Assembly (NCBI GenBank): GCA_963706325.1
Contig: CAVPLT010000004.1
Span: 832,001 to 896,000 of the forward strand
From: an uncultured Nitrospiraceae bacterium
GTDB taxonomy: Bacteria; Nitrospirota; Nitrospiria; Nitrospirales; Nitrospiraceae
Length of the DNA: 64,000 bases
Direction of reading: 5' to 3'
This document shows positions 36,703-46,341 of the stretch, piece by piece (positions within the stretch are counted from its first letter, which is position 1; every line of letters starts with the position of its first letter). The notes below the pieces were generated by a model. It was not told the DNA's origin, searched no databases, and saw nothing but the letters and a program-made list of their open reading frames with translations. The position numbers and the translations under genes are program-made.

Positions 36703-37139
36703 CTGGAGAGCATTCCTTTCCTCGGGCGATGACGGCGCACCACCTGCATCAATGCCAAACCAGGGGCAGGGCAGGAATATTTCTCCTGCCACAACACGAG
36801 CGTCGCGGCCATTATTCCCCCCAACGTATCGCTCATAAGGTCGTGTAGCGACGTTTCACGACCAGGTGCCGAGCCCTGTGCCACCTCCGTCCACAAGCCG
36901 AATACCATTGATAGCAAGATGCCGCACAACATGGCATAGGATAGGGGCCAGCCTCGTCGGCGAAAACCCTGAATGAGTAACCAGGCCAGAGTCCCATAGG
37001 CCGGCACATGGGCCATATCCCTCCAGTTTTCGGGAACCAATGAGATGAGTGTGCCGTGGAAGCCGATGCCTGGCGAAGCGACGGCGAGACCGACCAGAAA
37101 AAACATGTAACCCAAAATGAGGGCGACAACAAGAACCAT
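36699..37139 (-). CDS. VanZ-family membrane protein
   Basis: AHVPAYGTL, TEVAQ...PGRETSLHDLMSDTLG. Confidence 0.8.
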   Translation of the reverse strand: MVLVVALILGYMFFLVGLAVASPGIGFHGTLISLVPENWRDMAHVPAYGTLAWLLIQGFRRRGWPLSYAMLCGILLSMVFGLWTEVAQGSAPGRETSLHDLMSDTLGGIMAATLVLWQEKYSCPAPGLALMQVVRRHRPRKGMLSR

Positions 37140-37301
37140 GTGGGGATCCTTTCGTGGGTTTACATGACCTTCCGCAGAGTACTGCGGTAGTTGTCTTAGG
37201 CGCCAGCCGTCATTGGGCCGAGGGCCTTATGCTTTCGAGGGGCGCAGAACGCTGTCAATTGAAAATGGGGATGAAGCAGACTGTCGGACAGGTAATGAGG
37301 G

Positions 37302-37814
37302 TTAGGTCGTTTTCCCAGGCTTCTGATGAAGCCACTGCTCTGGATTTCTCGAACAAGCTTGATAGGCCTGGCCAAATCCCAGGACCAGGTGGGCATCAGT
37401 CATCCGCAGTTTCCACAAAGCAAAGTCTTCGAATCCAAACATCAGCTGTGACTGAGGGAACTTCAATACGTACAGCTGCTTCACAGTTTCGTACGCCGCA
37501 TCCGTGGAGGGTAGGATCACTGCGTCACCCTGCAGGTTAACGCGCTGCAGGGCCGATGGATTTTTCCCTGGCTTGTCTGGCTCGGCAATAAATAGACTGA
37601 CCCGTGAATCTGCCGATACATGTTGTGTGTGAAGCGCGAGTCGACTCAGATGGAGATACACGCGAGACCAGTTGTTTCCAAACACGTAGGGCACATGAGA
37701 GCCGAACGGATGGCCGTCTCGCAGGGTCAGTAAAACCCCAGTGCGTACCTCATTAACCAACTGTGCCAAAGCAGCTCGAACCTCGTCACTCGACATCGTA
37801 TCCGGCATAGACAT
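37302..37814 (-). CDS. Pyridoxamine 5'-phosphate oxidase-like / HugZ-family split-barrel protein
   Basis: GHPFGSHVPY, LSRLALHTQH, RVSLFI, RVNLQG, LVLGFGQA. Confidence 0.82.
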   Translation of the reverse strand: MSMPDTMSSDEVRAALAQLVNEVRTGVLLTLRDGHPFGSHVPYVFGNNWSRVYLHLSRLALHTQHVSADSRVSLFIAEPDKPGKNPSALQRVNLQGDAVILPSTDAAYETVKQLYVLKFPQSQLMFGFEDFALWKLRMTDAHLVLGFGQAYQACSRNPEQWLHQKPGKTT

Positions 37815-37994
37815 CGACAGACCTCCACGTCAGCATACTGTAGCGACTCCCCAGAATTGTCCAGATATTGGGGGGTAAACACCCCTCCCATCTCCCGCCT
37901 CAACCGTCTTCCCTTTGCGTCCAGAACGACGACAGGGTAACATGAGCGGCGGTCGAACATGTTAGAAGAGTGAAGATTGAAAGGGAGACACACT

Positions 37995-38399
37995 ATGAGA
38001 GACATGCGGCGGGGATGGTTACTGGTAGCCCTCTGTATCATGATGGGGTGGAGCGGCTGCGGTGGCGGCAAGCAAGCGGAGATTCAAGAAGACCGGCTTA
38101 CCGTCGGGCGTGTACAGGGCGAAGTGAAAGTTGGAATGTCTGCAGCTCAAGTGGCGGAACTGCTGGGATCGCCGAACATCGTGACCACGGATGATAAGCG
38201 TCGGGAGGTCTGGATTTACGACAAAGTGTCGACGGATCGTGTCGATACCGCGAGTTCCTCCTATGCCGGGCTCATCATTCTGGGGACCAACTCCAGTGAC
38301 CGCTCAAGCTCGCAAAGGCAGCGCACTCTCACTATCATAATAAAGTACGACGAAGACAAAAAGGTTCGGGACTTTGCCTACAACTCCACTCAATTCTGA
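37995..38399 (+). CDS. SmpA/OmlA (BamE-like) lipoprotein
   Basis: Lipobox WSGC; VKVGMSAAQVAELLGSP...EVWIY...LTIIIKYD. Confidence 0.72.
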   Translation: MRDMRRGWLLVALCIMMGWSGCGGGKQAEIQEDRLTVGRVQGEVKVGMSAAQVAELLGSPNIVTTDDKRREVWIYDKVSTDRVDTASSSYAGLIILGTNSSDRSSSQRQRTLTIIIKYDEDKKVRDFAYNSTQF

Positions 38400-38994
38400 G
38401 TGCTCAGGTTGGCTCACGCCGCGTCTGCTCATGTGTATTTTGCTGAGTGTGGCGGTGCCGGTGGTGGCCGCCGGCTGTGTGCGGCAACATACACAACCGT
38501 CGGAGCTATTCCAGCTCTCACCGGAAAGTAACGCCAACCGCGCGATGCAGACTCGTTTCTTCGAGACGACGAACGACAAAGAGCTACTTTCCGCTTCAGC
38601 CGCTGCCTTGCAGGATCTTGGGTTCCAGGTAGAAGAAAGCGTACGGGAGGTGGGTTTTCTGCGGGCTGCCAAGGAACGCAGCGCGCGTGAATATGGCCAA
38701 TACCTCAATCAGTTTTTCGTCTGGCTCCTCTCGCTCGGTCACCTGATCATGCCGGTCGATTTGCATCAGAAAGTAGCCGCCACCATCGTGACGCGTCCAC
38801 TGAACCAAGACGGCTCGCGGCAAGAAGTTCGGATCATGTTTTACCGGGTCCTGTGGAAGGGGGAGGGGCAAGCCGACCGTAATTACATTCCGCCCGGTGA
38901 GCAAAAAATGGAAATGATCCGCGATCCGGAAATTTATCAGCAATTTTTTGCGAAGCTTTCCAAAGCGGTGTTTTTGGAACCGCATGCGATTTAA
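38374..38994 (+). CDS. Lipoprotein, paralogue 1 of a tandem family (true start may be 38431)
   Basis: Lipobox AAGC; MQTRFFE...LQDLGF...YQQFFAKLSKAVFL. Confidence 0.75.
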   Translation: MPTTPLNSECSGWLTPRLLMCILLSVAVPVVAAGCVRQHTQPSELFQLSPESNANRAMQTRFFETTNDKELLSASAAALQDLGFQVEESVREVGFLRAAKERSAREYGQYLNQFFVWLLSLGHLIMPVDLHQKVAATIVTRPLNQDGSRQEVRIMFYRVLWKGEGQADRNYIPPGEQKMEMIRDPEIYQQFFAKLSKAVFLEPHAI

Positions 38995-39006
38995 CTGCGA
39001 GGATTC

Positions 39007-39444
39007 ATGAGCTGGATACGAAAGCTAGGGGCAGGGGCAATCGTCACGGGGTGTCTGATGCTGTACGGTTGCACGGCGCCGGAACCGCGCAAGGAGCTCT
39101 TCGCGCCGACCGAGGCGCAAATGAAAATCCGCAGCGCGCAAACTCGCACATTCGAGGTGCAGGATCGCACCGTGGCCATGCGCGGCGTCATCGCGGCGCT
39201 ACAGGACTTGGGATTTATTATTGAACGCGCGAATGAGCCGTTAGGCTTGGTCACGGCGGCGCGGTTTGCCGAGCCAAATTACTATGATGTGCTTGGCGTA
39301 ACGGTCACTGTACGGCCACAAGGCGACGGAAAGACCATGATCCGCGCCAACGCCATCTATAATAACAAGCCGATCGAGGACCCGAAGGTGTACCAGAACT
39401 TCTTTGCGGCGGTGGAACGCTCGCTTTTTCTGACAAAGGACTAA
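39007..39444 (+). CDS. Lipoprotein, paralogue 2
   Basis: Lipobox LYGC; AQTRTFE...LQDLGF...YQNFFAAVERSLFL. Confidence 0.78.
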   Translation: MSWIRKLGAGAIVTGCLMLYGCTAPEPRKELFAPTEAQMKIRSAQTRTFEVQDRTVAMRGVIAALQDLGFIIERANEPLGLVTAARFAEPNYYDVLGVTVTVRPQGDGKTMIRANAIYNNKPIEDPKVYQNFFAAVERSLFLTKD

Positions 39445-39447
39445 GGA

Positions 39448-40047
39448 GTGAGTACGACATCCGGCAGTGCGACCTCTCAATTGGGCGTCATCCATTCAAG
39501 GTGGATCGCATGTCTGCTGACACTCGCTGGAATGATAACCGGATGTTCGCCCTACGAATGGCGGCATGAGAATCAATGGGAGTCCCGCGATCAAATCTGG
39601 TTGTCCGAAGCCAGCCAAGTAAAAGTCCGTGCCGCACAAAGCCGAATCTTTGACACCACTGACCGTCCCAGGACCCTTCAAGCCGTGGTGTCCACGTTTC
39701 AAGATCTAGGTTTTTCCGTGGAAGTATTGGACGAAGAACTCGGCATCGTGTCCGGCAAGAAGTTCGAGGATTATGAAGCCTCGGAATGGGGTGATCCATC
39801 CTACTATACGTATCGGGACGACGGACTTCTGATTCTCACCAGGCAGTTTCGCAGTTGGGGACCCTTCTACCACCGGAGCGACCTTGTCCGCCTTACCGCA
39901 ACCGTTCGGCCACGCGGTGATCAGCAGCTGGTGGTGCGCGCCAGCGCGCAGTATTATTTGAAGGCCATTGAATCTCCCGAACCCTATCAGCAGTTCTTTC
40001 GCACACTGGAGCAGGCGCTTTTCCTTCAGGCCAACAACGCGCAATAG
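39448..40047 (+). CDS. Lipoprotein, paralogue 3
   Basis: Lipobox ITGC; AQSRIFD...FQDLGF...YQQFFRTLEQALFL. Confidence 0.78.
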   Translation: MSTTSGSATSQLGVIHSRWIACLLTLAGMITGCSPYEWRHENQWESRDQIWLSEASQVKVRAAQSRIFDTTDRPRTLQAVVSTFQDLGFSVEVLDEELGIVSGKKFEDYEASEWGDPSYYTYRDDGLLILTRQFRSWGPFYHRSDLVRLTATVRPRGDQQLVVRASAQYYLKAIESPEPYQQFFRTLEQALFLQANNAQ

Positions 40048-40574
40048 GAGTTCCTTCGGATGATTCAGTTCAGCGCATGAGCAGATCGGCACTCTTGCCG
40101 CTCTTGGCTCTTGAGAGGGTGAGTAGCGATACTGAAGCTCGATCCCTGTCACACTCACCGCAAAGTCGCATCATCCATCCATCTCCACGTTGATCGTTCA
40201 ACTATGGGTTTTCGAACCCCACCGCGAGTGCTCGTCGGCATACCATTTCCCCCGGTGTTGATTGCTTTCAGCGAGGTCGAGATATCTCAGGCGTCACAGG
40301 AACCCTGTGAACATTCAGGTCGCCCTTCGGCAATGCGCAGGTGCATTATTGAGGTTGAGGTGCTTAATCCACGTCGCGACTCAACCCAACACGGCCGGAC
40401 GACGTTGCTGTCTGCGCGAGTTAGGCCCGTAGCGCCATCTGTCGGAGAAACGCTCCTGTATTCTCATTTGCGCCAGCGATGAACTCGGCGTTTGTCGGAA
40501 AGGGTGTGATAGTACTCGGGGGGTATGATGGCCGGCTTCGTTTTGCGGTGTGACGGTCCTCTCGAGCAGGAGGC

Positions 40575-40603
40575 TTGACTGTTGATGGTTGTCGGCCTAG
40601 CCT
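40575..40603 (+). promoter_or_regulatory. Sigma70-like promoter of the dodecin gene
   Basis: TTGACT-17 nt-TAGCCT. Confidence 0.55.
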
Positions 40604-40639
40604 GTGTGGCATATTTACCATCCAACCAGGGAGGTCGTT

Positions 40640-40843
40640 ATGTCTGTTGCACGCGTGACGGAAATTATTGCCGCTTCGCCCAAGAGTTTTGACGATGCCA
40701 TTCACCTCGGCATCGCCCGCGCAAATAAAACGCTACAGAATGTGAAGAGCGCCTGGATCGAAGACCAGAAGGTGGATATTGAGGATGGGAAGATCACGCA
40801 GTACCGTGTGGCACTGAAAGTCACGTTTGTTCTGAAAGATTAA
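40640..40843 (+). CDS. Dodecin-family (flavin-binding) protein
   Basis: GGAGG RBS; MSVARVTEIIAASPKSFDDAI...RANKTL...YRVALKVTF. Confidence 0.9.
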   Translation: MSVARVTEIIAASPKSFDDAIHLGIARANKTLQNVKSAWIEDQKVDIEDGKITQYRVALKVTFVLKD

Positions 40844-40860
40844 GGAATTAGAGGAACAAC

Positions 40861-41037
40861 ATGAAGAATGTGGAAATGACCGTCGAAGGAACTCTATTGA
40901 CCATCAAGGTCGATCTCTCAAAAGAGTTCGGACCGTCAGCCTCTGGGAAGACTATTATCATTGCCTCGACAGAAGGCAATGTCACCATTCCTAACCGAGA
41001 GGAAAAAATCGGGCTCAATGTCTATCGAAAAAAATAG
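40861..41037 (+). CDS. Small 58-aa hypothetical protein
   Basis: GAGGA RBS; MKNVEMTVEGTLLTIKVDLSKEFGPSASGKTIIIASTEGNVTIPNREEKIGLNVYRKK; below the ORF-track cut-off. Confidence 0.8.
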   Translation: MKNVEMTVEGTLLTIKVDLSKEFGPSASGKTIIIASTEGNVTIPNREEKIGLNVYRKK

Positions 41038-41203
41038 CATCTGTGATCGATAGAAATGATGAGGGGATAGCTCAGGGAGACTGCGCGCGATTGACTCCGA
41101 CGTCGGGCGCGGCGGTATTCGGGGGTTGGCTTCTTGTTGTAATAGGATAGTGCCTGATTAGGAAGTAGAACGGCCGAACGATTTCACTGGTTCGTTGAAT
41201 GCC

Positions 41204-42776
41204 ATGTCCATGACCCCGCGCACACTCGCTCCTGCTGAAACTGTTACACCTGCCATCCTCATAGTCGATGACGATCCTGACATTTCGCTCGTCCTGCACG
41301 ACCTCCTCGAGCATGCCGGCTACCGGGTACAGGTGGCCGGCACTGGAGCAGAGGCGCTCGCCCGGGCCAGGGCGGATTCTTTTGCCGCGGTACTGCTGGA
41401 CTTGATGTTGCCGGACATGGACGGACTCTCCGTTCTCACACTCTTGAAACAGATCGATCCTGTATTACCCGTGATCATGCTGACGGCGTTTGTCGAAGTC
41501 GCCAAGAAACACGGGTCCTTGACGGAGGGCGCATTCGGCTATTTGACCAAGCCTTATGACGGTGAAGAACTCAAAGCCCTTATCCAGCGCGCGGTGGGAG
41601 TGAAGCATTTGTCGATCGAGGCCGCCGCGGCTAAACAGGCCTTGACGGCGAGCGAGGACCGGTTTCGAGAAGTTGTGCAGACCGCTCCAGACGCGATTGT
41701 GCTGGCCGACGGCGACGGATTTATTTTGTCCTGGAATGGTGCGGCCGAGCGACTGTTTGGGTATCGGTCGGAAGAGGTCCTGGGACAATCCTTGACCAGG
41801 ATCATGCCGGAACGGTACCGCGGCAATCACCAACGAGCGTTGGATCGGGTCCGCAACACGGGCGATCTACGCCTGAAGGGCACGATCGTGACCATGCACG
41901 GTTTGCACAAGGATGGCAGGGAGTTTCCAATCGAAATGTCGCTGAGCAGTTGGATCTCCGGTGGCCAGCGCGTGCATTGCGGCATTGCGCGCGACATCAC
42001 GGCCCGCAAGGAAGCTGAGGCGCGTCTCGTGCAACAACAGATCGAACAACAGGTCCTGTTAGACCTGATTCCCGCGATGGTGTGGTATAAAGATTCCCAT
42101 AATCGCATCGTGCGGGCGAATCGGCGAGCAGCTGAATCCATTAATAAGACCGTGGCAGATATTGAGGGGCACTCGACCGATGAGTTCTATCCGGACGAGG
42201 CCGAGAAGTATCATCAGGATGATCTGGAAGTGATTCGTATCAGGGCGGCCTAAGCTGGGTATCGTGGAACCCTATCGAACCGGGTCAGGGGAGAGATCTT
42301 GGGTGCAAACCGATAAGGTGCCCTATTTGGATCCAGAGGGTCACATTCTTGGAGTCCTGGTGTTCGCGCAAGACGTGACGGAGCGCCGACGGTCAGATGA
42401 GGCCTTATATGAATGCGAGGAACGTGTACGGATCCTCCTGGACTCTGCGTTGAACGGCATCGTCATGGTCGACGGAAATGGAAGGATCCTGATGGCAAAT
42501 GCCCGCCTTGGAACGCAATTCGGATATGAGAACGGGGAGTTGCTTGGGCAATTCGTCGAGACGCTCATTCTTCCGCGGTGGCGCGGTCGGTATCAGGCCC
42601 ATCGCTCAGCCGTTCTTGCTCACCCGAAGACCATGGATTTGAGCAATGGTTCTGACCTCATCGGTGTGCGAAAAGACGGGACAGAGTTCTCCCTCTCCAT
42701 TCACCTCACCCCCCTGACCACTACCCACGGGGTTTACGTCGTCACGTTCGTGACCGATCCTCACGGGTCCGCATGA
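41204..42776 (+). CDS. Receiver + three PAS-domain protein, apparent frameshift at ~42238-42241
   Basis: REC (LIVDDD, LLDLMLP, YLTKP), PAS (WNGAAERLFGY, HKDG); after the break another frame reads SGRPKLGIVEPY...QTDKVP, completing PAS2, then PAS3. Confidence 0.8.
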
Positions 42777-43228
42777 ATCCTCGTCTCATCCTCATCATGT
42801 GCGTGCTTGCGTTCATCGGGCTGTTACTGATCGTAGGAGCTCGCACATTCTCTCGCTGGGTGAAGATCCATTATCCTCGGCAAGCATCCGCCGTTCTCCT
42901 AGGACTGTGGATCCTTGGGATCACTGGAGGTTGGCTCATCGTGCGGGAAATACGAGACGAGCCCACCTATCAGCCCAATGATCTCATTACGTTGCAGCAA
43001 CCAGTGGTGGTAAAGACAATTGCGCTTGAGCGAGATTCCCGTGCCGTGACCTGCGTGGTAGACCTCCATGAACATCTCGGCGTGATGGAGATCCAACGCG
43101 AAAGTGGGACGTTGAAAGCACGCGTGGAAAGTAACAATAGCTCGGCCGCGCTATATTGTCCTGTCGGCTCAGAAGTGCATGTTGAAATAGCCTGGCTCCA
43201 TCGACCGACGGTGACCCGGAGAGAATGA
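42773..43228 (+). CDS. Hypothetical membrane protein (two N-terminal TMs)
   Basis: ATGA overlap with the upstream gene; hydrophobic segments. Confidence 0.65.
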   Translation: MNPRLILIMCVLAFIGLLLIVGARTFSRWVKIHYPRQASAVLLGLWILGITGGWLIVREIRDEPTYQPNDLITLQQPVVVKTIALERDSRAVTCVVDLHEHLGVMEIQRESGTLKARVESNNSSAALYCPVGSEVHVEIAWLHRPTVTRRE

Positions 43229-43694
43229 GACGCAACCGAATCCGTCGAGTCTCTCATGTGATTTCCTGCCGCATTTCACAAATGTTCCACCGTTCATTTA
43301 GCCTGATATGGTCTTGACAAGCGACGAGATGCCCGCCCCATTCTTAGCCAGCCGATTTCATTTGGGAATGAAAGTGCCGCAGAGCCACAGTGAGGCATAG
43401 CAATCCGCTCCAAGACACAGAGAGACTTTAGGTCTCTCCGTCCATCGATCGCACCTGGGGGACGTGGCGCGCATCGCCCAGCCTGCAGGCTCGGCCTTGT
43501 CCGAATCCTCCGCGACCACGCATAGGTGGAACAATGCGCATGCTGCCTTGTTCGCATAGACCTGCGAGAATCGTCATTGATTCAGGAACGAATACAACCC
43601 TGAGCGCGCATCGCCTCGCGCCAAGCCATCCGAGCATCCGGCACCACGCGCCGAAGGCTATTCGACTGGCCTCAAACCAGGGTGTCGGAAGGTA

Positions 43695-43712
43695 ACTAGG
43701 GCTTCCCCGAGC
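43695..43712 (+). promoter_or_regulatory. Palindromic operator box (copy 4) followed 22 nt later by extended -10 TGgTATCGT
   Basis: ACTAGG-GCTTCC-CCGAGC, upstream of the second hemerythrin gene. Confidence 0.6.
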
Positions 43713-43788
43713 TACTCCTGCAGCGCCGCAATGGTATCGTTTGCATGCTAGGTCGGTACGCGCTACTCACTCAAAAGGAGATTCAACT

Positions 43789-44283
43789 ATGCCTCGTAGA
43801 GCAGGTGTGGCATCCGGAGTCGTGGAGATGTTGAAAGAAGATCACAAGAAGGTGAAGGAACTGTTCGAGGAGTTTGAGTCTGCCGAAGGTCGTGCGCGGG
43901 GAGAGATCGCCAAAACCGCTATCCAGGAGCTACAGGTCCATGCAGACCTTGAGGAAACGCTTATCTACCCGGCCATTCGAAAGGAAATCGAAGCAGACGA
44001 CATGATGAATGAGGCAGTGGAGGAGCATCATCTCGTCCACGTCCTGATCAAGGAGCTCCAGAAACTCAAACCCAGCGACGAAAAATTTCAAGCCAAGTTT
44101 ACAGTGCTCGGAGAACTGGTCAAGCACCACGTTGAGGAAGAAGAAAATGAAATGCTGCCGCAGGCTGAGGAAAGTGACATCGATTGGGAATCTCTTGAGA
44201 CCCGCGTGATGAAACGGAGAGAAACCTTGATGGCCAAGGCCAATGGACGGGGCAAAGGGTCCAAAAGTGCTTCGAAGGCTTAG
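43789..44283 (+). CDS. Hemerythrin (HHE) domain protein
   Basis: AAGGAG RBS; LKEDHKKVK, HADLEETLIYP, EEHH, HHVEEEENEMLP. Confidence 0.9.
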   Translation: MPRRAGVASGVVEMLKEDHKKVKELFEEFESAEGRARGEIAKTAIQELQVHADLEETLIYPAIRKEIEADDMMNEAVEEHHLVHVLIKELQKLKPSDEKFQAKFTVLGELVKHHVEEEENEMLPQAEESDIDWESLETRVMKRRETLMAKANGRGKGSKSASKA

Positions 44284-44388
44284 ATACCTTCGAAGCTTTG
44301 ATGAGTTTGGCGGCAACATCGACTCGCGGGACATTTGCCGTCTGCCTAGAGCGAGGCAGACGGCGAGGTAGCCGGGAGAGACTGTTTT

Positions 44389-44826
44389 CTATTGAACCAT
44401 GATTGAGCCTTGCGACCTGGTCATACTGGTTTTCTCTTCGGAGGACGGGCGCACCGAATAGTTGACCGTGCCGACCCGGGTAAAACAAAGACCGGCGGTT
44501 TCATTGCTGGCCAAGGTAGTGGAATTGTCCATGCCCATACCCATAGCTTTGGAAAACCCATTTCGGCAGGAAACTCTGTGGTCAAGCGAACCTTCTATCG
44601 CAACGATCACGGATTCCTGTCGTTGATTGATCCAGCGTATTTCATCGCCCGCGTGGGCGGTCAATGTCGTCGGTGTCACGGAATCTGCGATGACGATGTT
44701 TTTGACCATCCCGGTCTTCGTCCCGACTTCCATGTCAGACTTGGTGTTCGACGCGGTGGGTGAGCTTGAACAGGCGTTGAACGACAACATCGCCAGACCC
44801 ATCAGTGATACTACAAGTGTATTCAT
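44389..44826 (-). CDS. Lipoprotein with cupredoxin-like fold
   Basis: Lipobox FNAC; PTTLTAHAGDEIRWINQ, LCFTRVGTVNYSV; GAGGAGG RBS; paralogue of 50772. Confidence 0.65.
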   Translation of the reverse strand: MNTLVVSLMGLAMLSFNACSSSPTASNTKSDMEVGTKTGMVKNIVIADSVTPTTLTAHAGDEIRWINQRQESVIVAIEGSLDHRVSCRNGFSKAMGMGMDNSTTLASNETAGLCFTRVGTVNYSVRPSSEEKTSMTRSQGSIMVQ

Positions 44827-44967
44827 ACGTTCCTCCTCAATGAAAGTGGTGAGAGCATGTCCTTTCCGGTCTTTTTGCTGCTGGAGCTATAGACGGACCG
44901 TTAAGGACGGGAGCCCCTTCGACGCGTATCGTCATTCCAACAGTACTGAGGCGGGCCGTTTGACCAT

Positions 44968-44985
44968 ACTCGGGAAAACCCCAGT
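44968..44985 (-). promoter_or_regulatory. Palindromic operator box (copy 5) followed 22 nt later by -10-like TACTGT
   Basis: Minus strand ACTGGG-GTTTTC-CCGAGT. Confidence 0.6.
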
Positions 44986-45042
44986 ATGCACGGCGCGATG
45001 GGATGATCGCTTCAATCGGTCGAAGTAGTCCAGAACTCTTAT

Positions 45043-45966
45043 TTGCCGAGGTATGGTCTGGATGACCACGAACGCTCTGTTCGAGACGGAGTGGAAGCAA
45101 AGGTGCCTGCCCTGAACACATCGGCTTCAAAAATATTGGTGGCTGGGTGCGCTTTGGCGGTGATTGTGCTGACGGCGGGCTGCGCCATCACGTTTGGTTA
45201 TCGCCACGCAGATTGGTTGATTCGTTGGCAAATGGATCATTATCTGGATCTGAATGCCGGACAACGCCGAGACGTGACCACGCGGTTGGAAACTGTACTG
45301 CGGCGACATCGGACTGAAGCCCTCCCGCAATACGAGCGTTTTCTTAAAGAGGTGCAAGAAAGGGTGGCCCGAGGATTGACGAATCAAGACCTTGACTGGG
45401 TCTATGCCTCCTATGATCGCTTTCGGGCGGATGTATTTGAACGACTAGCGCCTGACGGTGGGGTGGTTCTCACCTCGGTGACAGACAAGCAGATTCGACA
45501 CTTTGAAGACATTCTGCAAAAAGAGGAACACAAAGCTGCGCGGGTTTTACAGAAACCGGCCGTCGCGCGTTTGGAAGACCGGGCCAAAACGATGCTCTCC
45601 TGGGCCGAAGACTGGCTGGGGCCGTTGAGTCACGAGCAAAGTGGCCGTATTCGTCAATGGTCGCTCGCCTTGCCGGATACCCAGCCCACCTGGTGGCAAT
45701 ACCGGCGGCAGCGTCAGCAGGAACTCGTGACCCTGATGAGGCGTCAACCTCCCGCCGTAGAGGCCACTCAAGCCCTTCGTGCCATTTTTGTCACGCCTGA
45801 CCAGAGCGCACCGCGCGTGTACCTCGACACGGTGAAGGAGCTTCGCGTCCGTCTTACGACTATGCTACTGGGAGTCGATCGGACGCTCACTCCTACGCAA
45901 CGCCGCAAAGCGATCGCCACTCTCCAAAAATTAATCGACGATGTTCACGGTTTGTACACGAGTTAG
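45043..45966 (+). CDS. DUF6279-like helical lipoprotein (start uncertain)
   Basis: Lipobox TAGC; YRHADWLIRWQMDHYLDL, HRTEALPQY, WLGPLS.EQ. Confidence 0.7.
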   Translation: MPRYGLDDHERSVRDGVEAKVPALNTSASKILVAGCALAVIVLTAGCAITFGYRHADWLIRWQMDHYLDLNAGQRRDVTTRLETVLRRHRTEALPQYERFLKEVQERVARGLTNQDLDWVYASYDRFRADVFERLAPDGGVVLTSVTDKQIRHFEDILQKEEHKAARVLQKPAVARLEDRAKTMLSWAEDWLGPLSHEQSGRIRQWSLALPDTQPTWWQYRRQRQQELVTLMRRQPPAVEATQALRAIFVTPDQSAPRVYLDTVKELRVRLTTMLLGVDRTLTPTQRRKAIATLQKLIDDVHGLYTS

Positions 45967-46001
45967 CATGAGGATGCCGACCCCAGTACGACCCTTAGCC
46001 G

Positions 46002-46082
46002 CTAAAAGTGGACGACTCCAAACAACCACAATATAAGAATGAGGCTAAAGGGAACGCCGAGCAACCAAAGAATAATGGGCAT
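46002..46082 (-). CDS. 26-aa hydrophobic microprotein
   Basis: MPIILWLLGVPFSLILILWLFGVVHF; AAAAGG RBS; operator box upstream. Confidence 0.6.
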   Translation of the reverse strand: MPIILWLLGVPFSLILILWLFGVVHF

Positions 46083-46241
46083 AACACACCTTTTCTTTCC
46101 GGAGGTGGATTAGATCGGGGAGGAAGGATTTCAGCGTGACCGCCGATGCCTCCCGCCCCGATAGAGCGGACATTTTCTCTTTGGGACCCAAGAAAATGTG
46201 CGCTGCTATGTTTATGATGTGGCCATCGGCGGGCGACAGCC

Positions 46242-46259
46242 ACTAGGAGTAGCCCTGGA
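46242..46259 (-). promoter_or_regulatory. Palindromic operator box (copy 6) followed 22 nt later by CATCAT
   Basis: Plus strand ACTAGG-AGTAGC-CCTGGA, upstream of the microprotein. Confidence 0.5.
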
Positions 46260-46312
46260 TCGGTGGCTCTATCCTCCTGAGTCAAAATATTTCAGTAGGT
46301 TTGCCTGGCCTC

Positions 46313-46341
46313 TTGACTGACAGGATTTGGAGGCCTATCGT
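46313..46341 (+). promoter_or_regulatory. Sigma70-like promoter upstream of top6B or of a candidate sRNA
   Basis: TTGACT-17 nt-TATCGT. Confidence 0.55.
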
